A stretch of DNA of 64,000 nucleotides from a virus, in the IMG/VR virus record IMGVR_UViG_3300037459_000160, positions 1 to 64,000 of that record; one strand, written 5' to 3'. Positions 19,489 through 28,652 of the stretch are shown one piece after another. The position numbers and the translations under genes were made by a program. Every line of letters starts with the position of its first letter. Positions within the stretch are counted from its first letter, which is position 1. The notes beneath the pieces were generated by a model. That model searched no databases. It was not told where the DNA came from and saw nothing but the letters and a program-made list of their open reading frames with translations.

Positions 19489-20099
19489 GCATTGAAACGC
19501 TCAAGGCTGAATACCCGTGGCCGGTTAGAACAAATGCTCGGCCGAATCATCATGGGTGGTTTAGTGGGGCGAAATATTTTCCCCAATTTACGGGCCCTCA
19601 AGTGAAAGTGTACTTGGAGTTGGGAACGTGGCTCGGTAAATCGGCTTTGTGGTTTGCCAAGCGGTGCCCCAACGCAATAATTATTTGCGTCGATCATTGG
19701 GAGGGCAGCCCTACCCGCCCCGATGTACAAGGGCACGCTAAAGACCGTCGATTAGATAAGATACTACCTACTTTGTGGGAAACGTTCGCGGTTAATGTGA
19801 GGCCCAAAAGAGACAGGATTATACCGGTTAAGGGCGACACGTTGGCGGGGATGCAAAAGGTTTTTGACCACGACGTTAAGCCCGATCTTTTGTATGTTGA
19901 TGCTTGCCATAGTGAGGATGATGTTTACCGCGATGTTGACGGGGCGTTACGCCTCTTTCCCGATGCTCAAATTATCGGTGATGATTGGAGAATGCCTCAG
20001 GTACGGGCGGGCGTGTATCGGGCGTTAATGGAACATGGCCGGGAAGGCTGTTTGGTATCTTCCGATAATGTTTGGTCCCTTAAACGCGAGGAAAAATAA
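19485..20099 (+). CDS. Class I SAM-dependent methyltransferase (Methyltransf_24-like)
   Basis: LELGTWLGKSA, CVDHWEGS, DLLYVDACH, IIGDDW. Confidence 0.85.
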   Translation: MSIETLKAEYPWPVRTNARPNHHGWFSGAKYFPQFTGPQVKVYLELGTWLGKSALWFAKRCPNAIIICVDHWEGSPTRPDVQGHAKDRRLDKILPTLWETFAVNVRPKRDRIIPVKGDTLAGMQKVFDHDVKPDLLYVDACHSEDDVYRDVDGALRLFPDAQIIGDDWRMPQVRAGVYRALMEHGREGCLVSSDNVWSLKREEK

Positions 20100-21028
20100 T
20101 GCACCCGGTAGCAACTAGGATGATTCCGCCAAGTCAACGGCGGCCCGGTATTTGGAGAAACGGAGTCTTACAAATTTGGGTTACGCGGGCGTGCGATAAA
20201 AAATGCTTCGGTTGCACGCAAGGCAGTAATCTACGGGGCCCGTTTACTCGGATAACGCCCGAGCAATTTGAGACGGCTTGCATTAGCTTAAAGAGGTATT
20301 GGGGCGTTGTTGGCGTGTTTGGTGGGAACCCTTGCACGCATCCCGATTTTGAGGAATTGTGCGGGATTATGCAAAAACATATCCCTTGGGAACAACGCGG
20401 GTTGTGGTCAAACAAATTGTTTGGGCATGGGGCGATTTGCCGGGAAACGTTTAACCCGGAAGTTTCAAATGTGAACGTTCACCTAGATCAAAAGGCATAT
20501 AACGAATTTCGTAAAGAGTGGCCAGAGGTTCGGCCGGTTGGGCTCAATGAAGATAGCCGACATTCCCCGCCATTCGTCGCGATGCGGGATATTATCCCCG
20601 ATGAGAATGAGCGGTGGAAGCGGATTGATGGTTGCGACATTAACCGTAATTGGTCCGCGTTGATCGGTGTATTTCGGGGAGAATTGCGGGCGTGGTTTTG
20701 TGAAATCGCGGGAGCCCAAGCGATGCTCAAACAAGCCGACCCGGATTACCCCGATACCGGGTTGCCTGTTGAGCCTGATTGGTGGCGAGCCCCGATTGAG
20801 GATTACGAAAACCAGATTGTAAAACATTGCCACGAATGTTCGATACCCTTACGCGGGTATGGGGCGTTGGCATTGAGTGGGCCCAAGGAACAAACGAGCC
20901 AAACGTACGCCGATATTTACTTACCGAAAGAGGAAGGCCGGCCGGTTGAAATCGTTACGGATGAAATTCAATTGCAAAGTAACGCACTCGCCCGCGTTAC
21001 CGATTACGTGCAAAACGGAAAAAAGTAA
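20099..21028 (+). CDS. Radical SAM protein
   Basis: CDKKCFGC (CxxxCxxC), FGGNP, extra Cys for a possible auxiliary cluster (FCEIA, CHEC). Confidence 0.8.
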   Translation: MHPVATRMIPPSQRRPGIWRNGVLQIWVTRACDKKCFGCTQGSNLRGPFTRITPEQFETACISLKRYWGVVGVFGGNPCTHPDFEELCGIMQKHIPWEQRGLWSNKLFGHGAICRETFNPEVSNVNVHLDQKAYNEFRKEWPEVRPVGLNEDSRHSPPFVAMRDIIPDENERWKRIDGCDINRNWSALIGVFRGELRAWFCEIAGAQAMLKQADPDYPDTGLPVEPDWWRAPIEDYENQIVKHCHECSIPLRGYGALALSGPKEQTSQTYADIYLPKEEGRPVEIVTDEIQLQSNALARVTDYVQNGKK

Positions 21029-21868
21029 ATGGACGGTTCAAGCCCATACGAGTTACCGGCATTGCCGATTGACTATATTCACAAATGTAATCGGCCAATT
21101 TTGAGCATTTGCTTATGTGGTCTTGAGGATAGGCGGGCCCGATCGGCAAGCCTAATATCAAACTTGGTTCAACAGGCCGAGGCAAACGAGGGCGTTGAGG
21201 TTTTGATATGTTACGACCGAGGCACGGTACCGAGCGGTTGGAAAAGGCATCTTTTAAGCGTTACCTCGGCCGGGGATTACATTACGTTCGTTGATGATGA
21301 CGACCAAGTAACGCCCGATTATGTTGAGAACATTTTGAGGGGGTGCAAGCGAGGGGTTGACGTTGTGACGTTTAATCTCTTGCGTGTTGAGGGAAATTTT
21401 CGGCGGGATGTTCAACGCTTTAGGCTGGCCGAGAAAGACCACGTTAGAACCCCGGATCATATCCGAATGACTGCAAACCATTTGTGTGCGTGGAAAAGAC
21501 AACTCCAACGATTAGTAGCGTTTCCCCCGTTTCTCGGTTACAACGACGATTGTTTGTGGTACAAGCCGTTGGTAAACACGGGTTGGGCGAAATCTGAATT
21601 TTGCATTAACAAGGTTCTCTATGTTTATCATTTTTCCCGTCAAGACTCGGTTAATCAGCGGGAAGGCCAAAAGGTAAAGGCCAAGAGGATTGTACAAGAG
21701 GGCTTGGAATGCTTTATGCAGGTAGCAACCCGAGAAGTTTTCATAGCAACGCGGCCGGTTAATTTGGTGGGAACGGATTTGATCATTTCGTGTCGGGATT
21801 GCGATAATTCAGTTGTGAAGAAATCGCGGGCAGAAATGCTACATTACTACACGGTTAGGATAAAATGA
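21029..21868 (+). CDS. Glycosyltransferase family 2-like
   Basis: LSICLC...GWKR...GDYITFVDDDDQV. Confidence 0.85.
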   Translation: MDGSSPYELPALPIDYIHKCNRPILSICLCGLEDRRARSASLISNLVQQAEANEGVEVLICYDRGTVPSGWKRHLLSVTSAGDYITFVDDDDQVTPDYVENILRGCKRGVDVVTFNLLRVEGNFRRDVQRFRLAEKDHVRTPDHIRMTANHLCAWKRQLQRLVAFPPFLGYNDDCLWYKPLVNTGWAKSEFCINKVLYVYHFSRQDSVNQREGQKVKAKRIVQEGLECFMQVATREVFIATRPVNLVGTDLIISCRDCDNSVVKKSRAEMLHYYTVRIK

Positions 21869-22617
21869 TTCCCTCGGGTACAACTATGGTTACGGTTTCG
21901 GTTGACTATGCCGATATGCTGGCGTTGACCTTACCGAGAAATGCGGGGCACTTTGAGCGGGTAATTGTGGTAACCGCGAGCCGAGATAACGAGACCCAAG
22001 AAACCGCGTTGAAATTTCCGAACGTTGAAGTTTTCACAACCGATGTGTTTTGGGAACGCGGGGCCATATTCAACAAAGGGGCAGCGATTGAAAGAGCGTT
22101 TGACCAAACGAGCCGTGAGGGATGGTTTGCGGTTATGGATGCCGATACGATCTTGCCCGAGGTAATTCAAAGCGTTGATTGGGCAGTTGACTGTATTCAC
22201 GTTCCTCGGCGTAGGATGTTAAGAGACCCGAGGCAGTTTACCGCCGATTTGTGTTGGGGCTCCCTACATTTGAGCATGGAAAATGACTTTGCGGGATACT
22301 GTCAAATTTTCCATTCCGACGCGAGACCCGAGCGGCCTTGGTATCCGGTTGATTGGACGTGGGCGGCCGGTTGTGATTCGGATTTCTTTTTGAAGTGGCC
22401 CGAGAGCAAACGTATGCGGCCCCCGTTTGAAGTTATTCACTTGGGAGAGGATGGGAAAAATTGGGCGGGACGAACAACAAGGTTTCTAAGTGGTGAGGTT
22501 CCCGAGGGGGGTGAGCAAAAGAGACAAGTTACTCGGCAGTTGATCGGCAAGCGGAATTACCGAGATCAAACTTTAACCCGTAAAGAGCGATACAAGCACG
22601 AAAGGTTGGGCGAATGA
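21865..22617 (+). CDS. GT-A fold glycosyltransferase-like
   Basis: VSVDYADML...FNKGAAI...MDADT...GYCQIF...GCDSDF. Confidence 0.75.
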   Translation: MIPSGTTMVTVSVDYADMLALTLPRNAGHFERVIVVTASRDNETQETALKFPNVEVFTTDVFWERGAIFNKGAAIERAFDQTSREGWFAVMDADTILPEVIQSVDWAVDCIHVPRRRMLRDPRQFTADLCWGSLHLSMENDFAGYCQIFHSDARPERPWYPVDWTWAAGCDSDFFLKWPESKRMRPPFEVIHLGEDGKNWAGRTTRFLSGEVPEGGEQKRQVTRQLIGKRNYRDQTLTRKERYKHERLGE

Positions 22618-23468
22618 CTTTAACATTTGGGATTTACCGGATTCTCGGAAATGATTTACCGCCCCGGCACCATCCCGAGCAAACGTACCGAAATACGAAA
22701 TTCATTTTGGAAAATGAGGATCGGTTTCCCGAGACAACCCGGCGATTCGTTGTTAATCGAATCATTGACCTTGAGAAAGAGGCCGCGTTGATTTCTATGT
22801 TGCAAGACTACGGGGCCGAGTTTACGGTAATTCCATTCTTGCCGGCCGAGTACGCGAATCAAAAAACCCCTGAGGGTAAGATTAGATACATTGCAAACCT
22901 AAACGCGGCTCGCAATTTTTGCATTGATGAGGGTATTAAGGAATTTGATTTGACGCTACCTTTGGACGGTGCAACATTCTTGCGGCAAGATGGATGGTTT
23001 CCTTTTGAGGATATGGTTTATCAATATCGCGATGAGGGGGCTTACCTGTTGGCAACAACCCGTGTTGATACGTTTGAGGCAGCCCTTGACGAATCGTTAC
23101 GGATAGCGATTCGGGAAGAATACAAGTTTGGGGGCGGGCGTACTTTGATTGGGATGCGAGAAACTTCAATGGCGTTTACAAAGCACATTGATTGCCGGTT
23201 TAATGAGGAATTGCGGTACGGCATGGTTGATAAGGTTGAGTTGCTTTGGCGGCTCGGCGTGCCCGGCCCGTGGGATCGGTGGGAACCTCACATAAGAAAG
23301 GAAGCGTACAAAAAATTATCGAAGTGGGCGGGCGTTGTAAAATCGAATGGGTTTGTTTTTCGGTTGCCCTCTCACGACCCGGCCGGCGACGGTGACAATT
23401 TGCAACGCGGGCACAACAGAAACCTCGGAATTGAAAACATAATTGCCGAGGCCGATAAGCTCATTTAG
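22614..23468 (+). CDS. GT-A-like protein
   Basis: YRILGNDLPPRH, NAARNFCI, LPLDG, RFNEELRYG..DKVELLWRLG. Confidence 0.55.
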   Translation: MTLTFGIYRILGNDLPPRHHPEQTYRNTKFILENEDRFPETTRRFVVNRIIDLEKEAALISMLQDYGAEFTVIPFLPAEYANQKTPEGKIRYIANLNAARNFCIDEGIKEFDLTLPLDGATFLRQDGWFPFEDMVYQYRDEGAYLLATTRVDTFEAALDESLRIAIREEYKFGGGRTLIGMRETSMAFTKHIDCRFNEELRYGMVDKVELLWRLGVPGPWDRWEPHIRKEAYKKLSKWAGVVKSNGFVFRLPSHDPAGDGDNLQRGHNRNLGIENIIAEADKLI

Positions 23469-23504
23469 CATTGACAAGGGCAGTGTATGCCCTTAAGCTT
23501 TTGA

Positions 23505-23533
23505 TTGACTTTGACCTTTGACATTTGACCTTT
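23505..23533 (+). repeat. Tandem TTGAC(C/A)T heptamer-like repeats before the RBS
   Basis: TTGACT TTGACCT TTGACAT TTGACCT TTAGGAG. Confidence 0.7.
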
Positions 23534-23545
23534 AGGAGTAGGAAA

Positions 23546-23860
23546 ATGAGTAGTATAGGAATTCCCGAGTTTCCGAAATCGCCAGCCGAACGGCCGGGTT
23601 GGCAAACAACAGAATTTTGGCTTTCTCTTGTGGCAATCATTGTCGCATATCTGATTTCATCGGGTATTGCCCCCGTGGGCTCCGTGTGGGCTCAAGCATT
23701 GGCGACAGTGGCAACGATTCTCGCGGCCATCGGTTACCAAGCCTCGCGGGCGAGGGTTAAGAGTGCCCAAATTCAAGCCGCAGCGGCCCGTACGGTTGCC
23801 GTGCTGAATCGAACCGATATTCCTACTCCAATATACACCAACCCCGTGAGCCCGCTGTAA
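23546..23860 (+). CDS. Holin-like two-TM protein
   Basis: PGWQTTEFWL motif plus two hydrophobic helices and Y..SRARVK. Confidence 0.6.
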   Translation: MSSIGIPEFPKSPAERPGWQTTEFWLSLVAIIVAYLISSGIAPVGSVWAQALATVATILAAIGYQASRARVKSAQIQAAAARTVAVLNRTDIPTPIYTNPVSPL

Positions 23861-23907
23861 CGCACGCCCGTGAGCCCGCACGTACGCACATACGAGGTTA
23901 AGTTAAA

Positions 23908-24936
23908 ATGGATTTCCAACTTCCGCCTTTTATCGTTCACCGAAGATTAACAGCCCAAGCGATCGGCGAGGAGTTGCCTTATTCAATCGTTGATTACGGT
24001 CTTGACCAAATTTGGGATGAGACCGGAGCGGGTGAAGGGGTGCGGGTTGGGATTGCGGATACCGGATATCCAGAATTTCACGCGACGAAAGGCGACTTGG
24101 TGGGCGTGGGTGTTGACGCGAAAGATTTTACACGCTCACGGAGTGGGCCCCTAGATATTTCGGGTCACTCAACCCACGTATCGGGGATCATTGCGGCCCA
24201 ATTCCAAAACGGCCGAGGCATTGCGGGAGCGGCTCACAAATGCAAAATGTATTGGGCAAAGGTTCTTGGTGATAACGGTAGCGGTTCCGATCAAGGCGTT
24301 TCAAACGGTATAATTTGGCTTGTTGATCAAGGTTGCCATCTTATCAACTGTTCGCTCGGTTCGTCGTTTCCGAGTGAGAAAATCCGCGAAGCGTGTCAAT
24401 ATGCCAAATCAAAGGGCTCAATTGTTTTTGCAGCGGCGGGAAATAGCGGGGGCGGGCGAGATACGGTTGGATACCCTGCCCATTTCGATGAGCTTACGGA
24501 GGCGGTTGGGGCAATTGACGTTGACCAACTGCTCGCCGTTTTTTCTTCAACCGGTCTTTCAGTTGATGTGGTTGGGCCCGGTGTTCGTATCCCCTCTACG
24601 TACCTTGAGGATTATGCCGAGCTTTCGGGTACTTCAATGGCCACCCCTTGGATTACCGGTGTGTGTGCGAATCGGCTTTCCAATGAATTAAGGAATGGGG
24701 GGATTGTAACCAAAACCCTCGGCGACCTAACGGCCCTTTTGAAATTGACGATTAATGATTTGGGTAAGGCTGGCCGTGATCCTGAGTACGGTATGGGCGT
24801 GCCCAATGTACGCGAATTCGTGCGGGCCGGCCTCAATGGACATGATACCCCGGATGGGGAATGTGATGCGAGTTTTGTGGCTAACGTACACGGGCGAGAG
24901 GGGCGGTTTGTTTTCGTTCCCGATTCGGCCGCGTAG
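23908..24936 (+). CDS. Subtilisin-like serine protease (S8)
   Basis: IADTG, GHSTHVSGII, AAAGN, GTSMATP catalytic motifs; no obvious signal peptide. Confidence 0.92.
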   Translation: MDFQLPPFIVHRRLTAQAIGEELPYSIVDYGLDQIWDETGAGEGVRVGIADTGYPEFHATKGDLVGVGVDAKDFTRSRSGPLDISGHSTHVSGIIAAQFQNGRGIAGAAHKCKMYWAKVLGDNGSGSDQGVSNGIIWLVDQGCHLINCSLGSSFPSEKIREACQYAKSKGSIVFAAAGNSGGGRDTVGYPAHFDELTEAVGAIDVDQLLAVFSSTGLSVDVVGPGVRIPSTYLEDYAELSGTSMATPWITGVCANRLSNELRNGGIVTKTLGDLTALLKLTINDLGKAGRDPEYGMGVPNVREFVRAGLNGHDTPDGECDASFVANVHGREGRFVFVPDSAA

Positions 24937-24959
24937 AAGTAGAAGTAACGGAAAAGAAA

Positions 24960-26816
24960 ATGAAAAACCTATTTGCGGTTTTGCTTGCGGTTATGGTGTC
25001 GCAAGCTAACGCACAAGAAAAAATGCCAAAACCGTTACCGTTTGGCAAGCTGATTTCGATGCCAGACGATGCGGTGAGGTTTGCGATTGCAGACCTACAA
25101 ACACCCGTTGAGCGAGGCGGGGTTCCTGAATTGTATCGTACATCGACGCGATGGATTTGGGTTCGTGACGGTGACCACGAAACGATAAGGTTCTTAGCTC
25201 AAGCGGTAAATCTTGCACTTAGGCATTCATCACTTCCGCAACGCCCCCCCGTTGTGGGAGGTGGGTATTTGATGCGGATCGAAGGTCGTAACCTTTGTCC
25301 AAATTCAAAAGATTTGGAGCGATTTCTTAATGTTTGGGAACGGGGGCTTGGATTTAATTTCGATTATCCCGAGCCTTATTTTCATCAGTTTTACGATAAG
25401 GCTGAGGATGATGCGTTTATCGTCATTTCAGAAATCGCACAACTCAAGAGTGGTAAAAAAATCGTTGCAAGAATTCCAAGAGGTAGAACGATTCAGTTTC
25501 TCGGGCAGACGAGTGGAGATTGGATGTTCGTCGAATTCGAGGGAGAGAGCGGATGGATTCTCATATCAGCCATTCAAAAGGTCGAGAGCATTCAAGTTGT
25601 AAAATTTGCCGAACACATTGACCCCGCAATTGAGACGCTTAGGGAATTAACGGGCTCAACGGTACCGATAGTTGAGGCACGTTTTTTTATCGAAGTTGCT
25701 TTGTCAAGCGTTGATGGGGGGCAATACTACAATTTTCGAGGTATCGAGAAAAGTAGCGTTTGGAAAGGTGAAGTAGTGGTCAGTGCGTTGGACAAGTTTA
25801 TTGCTCGTGCGGGTGCCGACTTTGATTTACTTGAGAGTAAGGCGAATCGACTTGCTCAAATCAGTGATCAAACTGGAAAGTGGCGGCGTGTTAACGTATT
25901 GCATGGGGATTTACGCCGTCCAAATGACGGACCCCCTTATGTGTGGATCACATTTGACCAACGAGACAAACGGCGACGTGGCACGGAACACCCATTGCGT
26001 TCTTTGATATCTCTCAAATACGATGCGGTTGAAGTGATGATTCTCACAAGGCACGGGTGGGAGTGTGGACTTTTCAACGGTAACAACGTTGAAAAGGGAC
26101 AAGAGATTACAATTCACGAGCGTGCGGACGCTGCCCCCGATGACGTAACAAAAGATCACACGGTACCGGCACCGTATACGGCACGGCTCCAATCGTGTAT
26201 CTCGTGCGTTAGGTGTCATGGGCCGGATAGAGGCTTTAAGCCGTTACGCAATGAGCTTTTGGATTATCTCAAAAATCCAAGGGCCGCAAATATCGTACTT
26301 GACGTGGCCAGTGGTCGGGATTTGCACGAGACTCTTGATTTGATCGCAGGTTTGTATAGTTGGAATCCTGATATTGGGGAAAACAAAATTGCACCCCCCG
26401 ATAATCCTCTTGAAGTATCTCGCCGCTCATTAGGTCGGGAAGTTTTCCTAGCTACGGGGGGCCTTGATACTGAGGTTGCTTTCAAAGGAATTTCCGATTT
26501 ATACGGGGAACGCAAATTTACGCGGGTTACCCCTACAATGGTTTGTGCCGAGATTGGCGAACGCGTGGCACCCGAACAAGCGGCCGCAAGGCTTATTGAA
26601 TTGCTTGGCGAAAAGATAGGTTTTGAATCGCCAATCGTGAATCGTTTGCAACTTGGTCGCGATGTACTTCGTAGCGATCTTGATGCGGAACTTCCCGCTA
26701 TATTTTTTCGGGCTAAGGTGAAGAGAGCGGAAAAAGTACCTCAGAAAAAAGGAAATGACGATGGGCAAGAAAACGTTGATGGTAACGTTGATGCTATTGA
26801 TGCTCGTAACAACTGA
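24960..26816 (+). CDS. Exported protein with SH3-like insert and CxxCH heme-binding motif
   Basis: Signal peptide ending QANA; IARIPRG...GDWMFVEFEGESGWI SH3-like segment; SCISCVRCHG. Confidence 0.7.
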   Translation: MKNLFAVLLAVMVSQANAQEKMPKPLPFGKLISMPDDAVRFAIADLQTPVERGGVPELYRTSTRWIWVRDGDHETIRFLAQAVNLALRHSSLPQRPPVVGGGYLMRIEGRNLCPNSKDLERFLNVWERGLGFNFDYPEPYFHQFYDKAEDDAFIVISEIAQLKSGKKIVARIPRGRTIQFLGQTSGDWMFVEFEGESGWILISAIQKVESIQVVKFAEHIDPAIETLRELTGSTVPIVEARFFIEVALSSVDGGQYYNFRGIEKSSVWKGEVVVSALDKFIARAGADFDLLESKANRLAQISDQTGKWRRVNVLHGDLRRPNDGPPYVWITFDQRDKRRRGTEHPLRSLISLKYDAVEVMILTRHGWECGLFNGNNVEKGQEITIHERADAAPDDVTKDHTVPAPYTARLQSCISCVRCHGPDRGFKPLRNELLDYLKNPRAANIVLDVASGRDLHETLDLIAGLYSWNPDIGENKIAPPDNPLEVSRRSLGREVFLATGGLDTEVAFKGISDLYGERKFTRVTPTMVCAEIGERVAPEQAAARLIELLGEKIGFESPIVNRLQLGRDVLRSDLDAELPAIFFRAKVKRAEKVPQKKGNDDGQENVDGNVDAIDARNN

Positions 26817-27798
26817 TGCGTTTGCGAGCGGTTGGTGGTGGTCAAGAGCACCGAACGGGTTATACTGGAAGCGAACAAGTAGCGGTACGAGTACCAACGG
26901 GTGGTACTATTTGCGTTATCGTTCGTGCTCCCATCGGCGTTGTTCGTGTTCGTACTCATATCGGCAGATTATGAGAATTCCGTATGGCACGTATGGTACG
27001 TACGGAATGTCGTACGGCTCAAGCTACTCAAACGAAAGATGGCGTGAGCAAATGTTGGGCATTGCTTCTCAACAACTCAGAGCGAATCAACAAGCCGAGT
27101 CAAGAGTTGCTCAAAGTTTGGCGTTTCAACAGGAATGGCAAAAGATTTTCGGGGATAAGCCAATTCCGTTATCAGTGGGCTATCAATTCGGGGCCTACGG
27201 GAATAACGTGAACAATACGGGAACAACGTTTTTTGCAAATCAACAATTTGGGGCAAGGCAATATACGTCATCGAAACCCCTTGACGAGGCTCTCGTACTT
27301 CAACAGCTATATCGACTTGCGGAGTCAATCACCAAGACGAGTGCAAAGACCACTGAGGACTTCAAACAACTATCATCGCAGGTATTTGAGGAAAGACACC
27401 GTTTACAAGAAATTGAAGCGAAAGCGATTGCCTCGGTGAGAGTTTTGAAAGCGGCGGAATCAACGTATCGGGCGAGTTTACAAAAGGTGACGATTGAAAA
27501 GACGGCAAAGCTTGATCTTAATGCCGCCGTTGTGAGTATCTTCAAAACGTTTTGTATTAAGTGCCACACGCCGGGCAGCACAAGCAAGGGGTCAAAATAC
27601 CCGCTTGATACGCGGCTTGATGCTATTGGGGAATTTACATCTATAGAGCGATGGAAAATCGTTGCCTTAACCTCAACGGCTAAAATGCCGGAAGATGATC
27701 CTCTTAAACCAGTCGATGTCGGAATTTTATTTGAGTGGGCAGAGCAAGGCGACATTAAGCCCACTATTCAACCCGCCGTTCAACCTATTCAACCTTAG
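26761..27798 (+). CDS. Exported protein: Trp/Tyr/Cys-rich N-region, coiled coil, C-terminal c-type cytochrome domain (planctomycete-type)
   Basis: Signal peptide ending DAFA; IFKTFCIKCH...KMPEDDPL...LFEWAEQG (distal Met motif). Confidence 0.75.
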   Translation: MGKKTLMVTLMLLMLVTTDAFASGWWWSRAPNGLYWKRTSSGTSTNGWYYLRYRSCSHRRCSCSYSYRQIMRIPYGTYGTYGMSYGSSYSNERWREQMLGIASQQLRANQQAESRVAQSLAFQQEWQKIFGDKPIPLSVGYQFGAYGNNVNNTGTTFFANQQFGARQYTSSKPLDEALVLQQLYRLAESITKTSAKTTEDFKQLSSQVFEERHRLQEIEAKAIASVRVLKAAESTYRASLQKVTIEKTAKLDLNAAVVSIFKTFCIKCHTPGSTSKGSKYPLDTRLDAIGEFTSIERWKIVALTSTAKMPEDDPLKPVDVGILFEWAEQGDIKPTIQPAVQPIQP

Positions 27799-27836
27799 GA
27801 CTTGTTTGTTTTTTACTCAATTCGGAGGCATGTTCA

Positions 27837-28118
27837 ATGAAATGGTTTATCCTTGTTCTTGTTGTGTTTGCGATGTTTTGTGTGATGCCCGAACCGGCCG
27901 ACGCGGGCCAATGCCGAGTTCTCGGGGTGAGTCGTGGGGTCGGTATTCTTGGCCGCATTTCTCATAATCAGGCAGCCCGGCAGCAAGCGGCCATTAACGC
28001 GGCGATCCGGCAACAAATTCGACAGCAACAGCTTAACGCGTTGTTAGGGTTTGGAGGCCAGCCCGTTTTCTTGTCGCCCCCACCTTTTTTCCAGTTTGGT
28101 CTTAGCGGCCGATTGTGA
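27837..28118 (+). CDS. Small exported low-complexity peptide
   Basis: GGAGG RBS; signal peptide ending ADA; Gln/Ala/Arg- and Phe/Gly-rich mature part. Confidence 0.7.
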   Translation: MKWFILVLVVFAMFCVMPEPADAGQCRVLGVSRGVGILGRISHNQAARQQAAINAAIRQQIRQQQLNALLGFGGQPVFLSPPPFFQFGLSGRL

Positions 28119-28196
28119 CGGTAGGGAATTGCCCCCGGTTCGGGGGCGTTAAAATTTAACCCTGAAAATTTTAACCCATTCGAGAGGATTAAAATA

Positions 28197-28457
28197 ATGG
28201 GCGAAAAATTTGAAGTGGAGGTAATGAGACGCGGGCAGCGGTTGAGATTCCGCAAGCGGCGAGAACGACGAAATGCCCGACAACAACTTACCGAAATTGC
28301 CTTTGATGTTTATGAGGAGGGTGATGACGATGAGGAGTTGAGGGATAAAATCATTGAGAAACTTGAGGAACGCGGTTCGGGTGATTGGCTCGGAATTATG
28401 CTCAAGCTCTTGGAAGTGATTTTGCCCCTCTTACTTCGGCTCATGGTCGGAACCTAA
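28197..28457 (+). CDS. Small protein with C-terminal amphipathic helix
   Basis: GAGG RBS; DWLGIMLKLLEVILPLLLRLM. Confidence 0.65.
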   Translation: MGEKFEVEVMRRGQRLRFRKRRERRNARQQLTEIAFDVYEEGDDDEELRDKIIEKLEERGSGDWLGIMLKLLEVILPLLLRLMVGT

Positions 28458-28481
28458 CGATACAGAGGTTTCCCGCCTCGC

Positions 28482-28521
28482 GGCCCGTACGCGGTCTCGC
28501 CCCCGTGTGCGGGCCCCTTTT
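28482..28521 (+). terminator. Probable intrinsic terminator
   Basis: GGCCCGTACGCGG/CCGTGTGCGGGCC stem, then TTTT. Confidence 0.6.
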
Positions 28522-28522
28522 A

Positions 28523-28538
28523 TTGCAACCGGGTTCAC
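28523..28538. promoter_or_regulatory. 16-bp palindromic motif copy, 33 bp upstream of a promoter
   Basis: TTGCAACCGGGTTCAC; TTGACA at 28572, TACGAT at 28594. Confidence 0.75.
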
Positions 28539-28652
28539 TCAAAAATAATTCCCTTTTTGGAAGGATTACTATTGACAACGTTTCTGGTTGCGATACGATA
28601 GGGCATGTACTGAGATTTTTAATTGTTAATCCCTAACTTTTGGAGTAACGCG

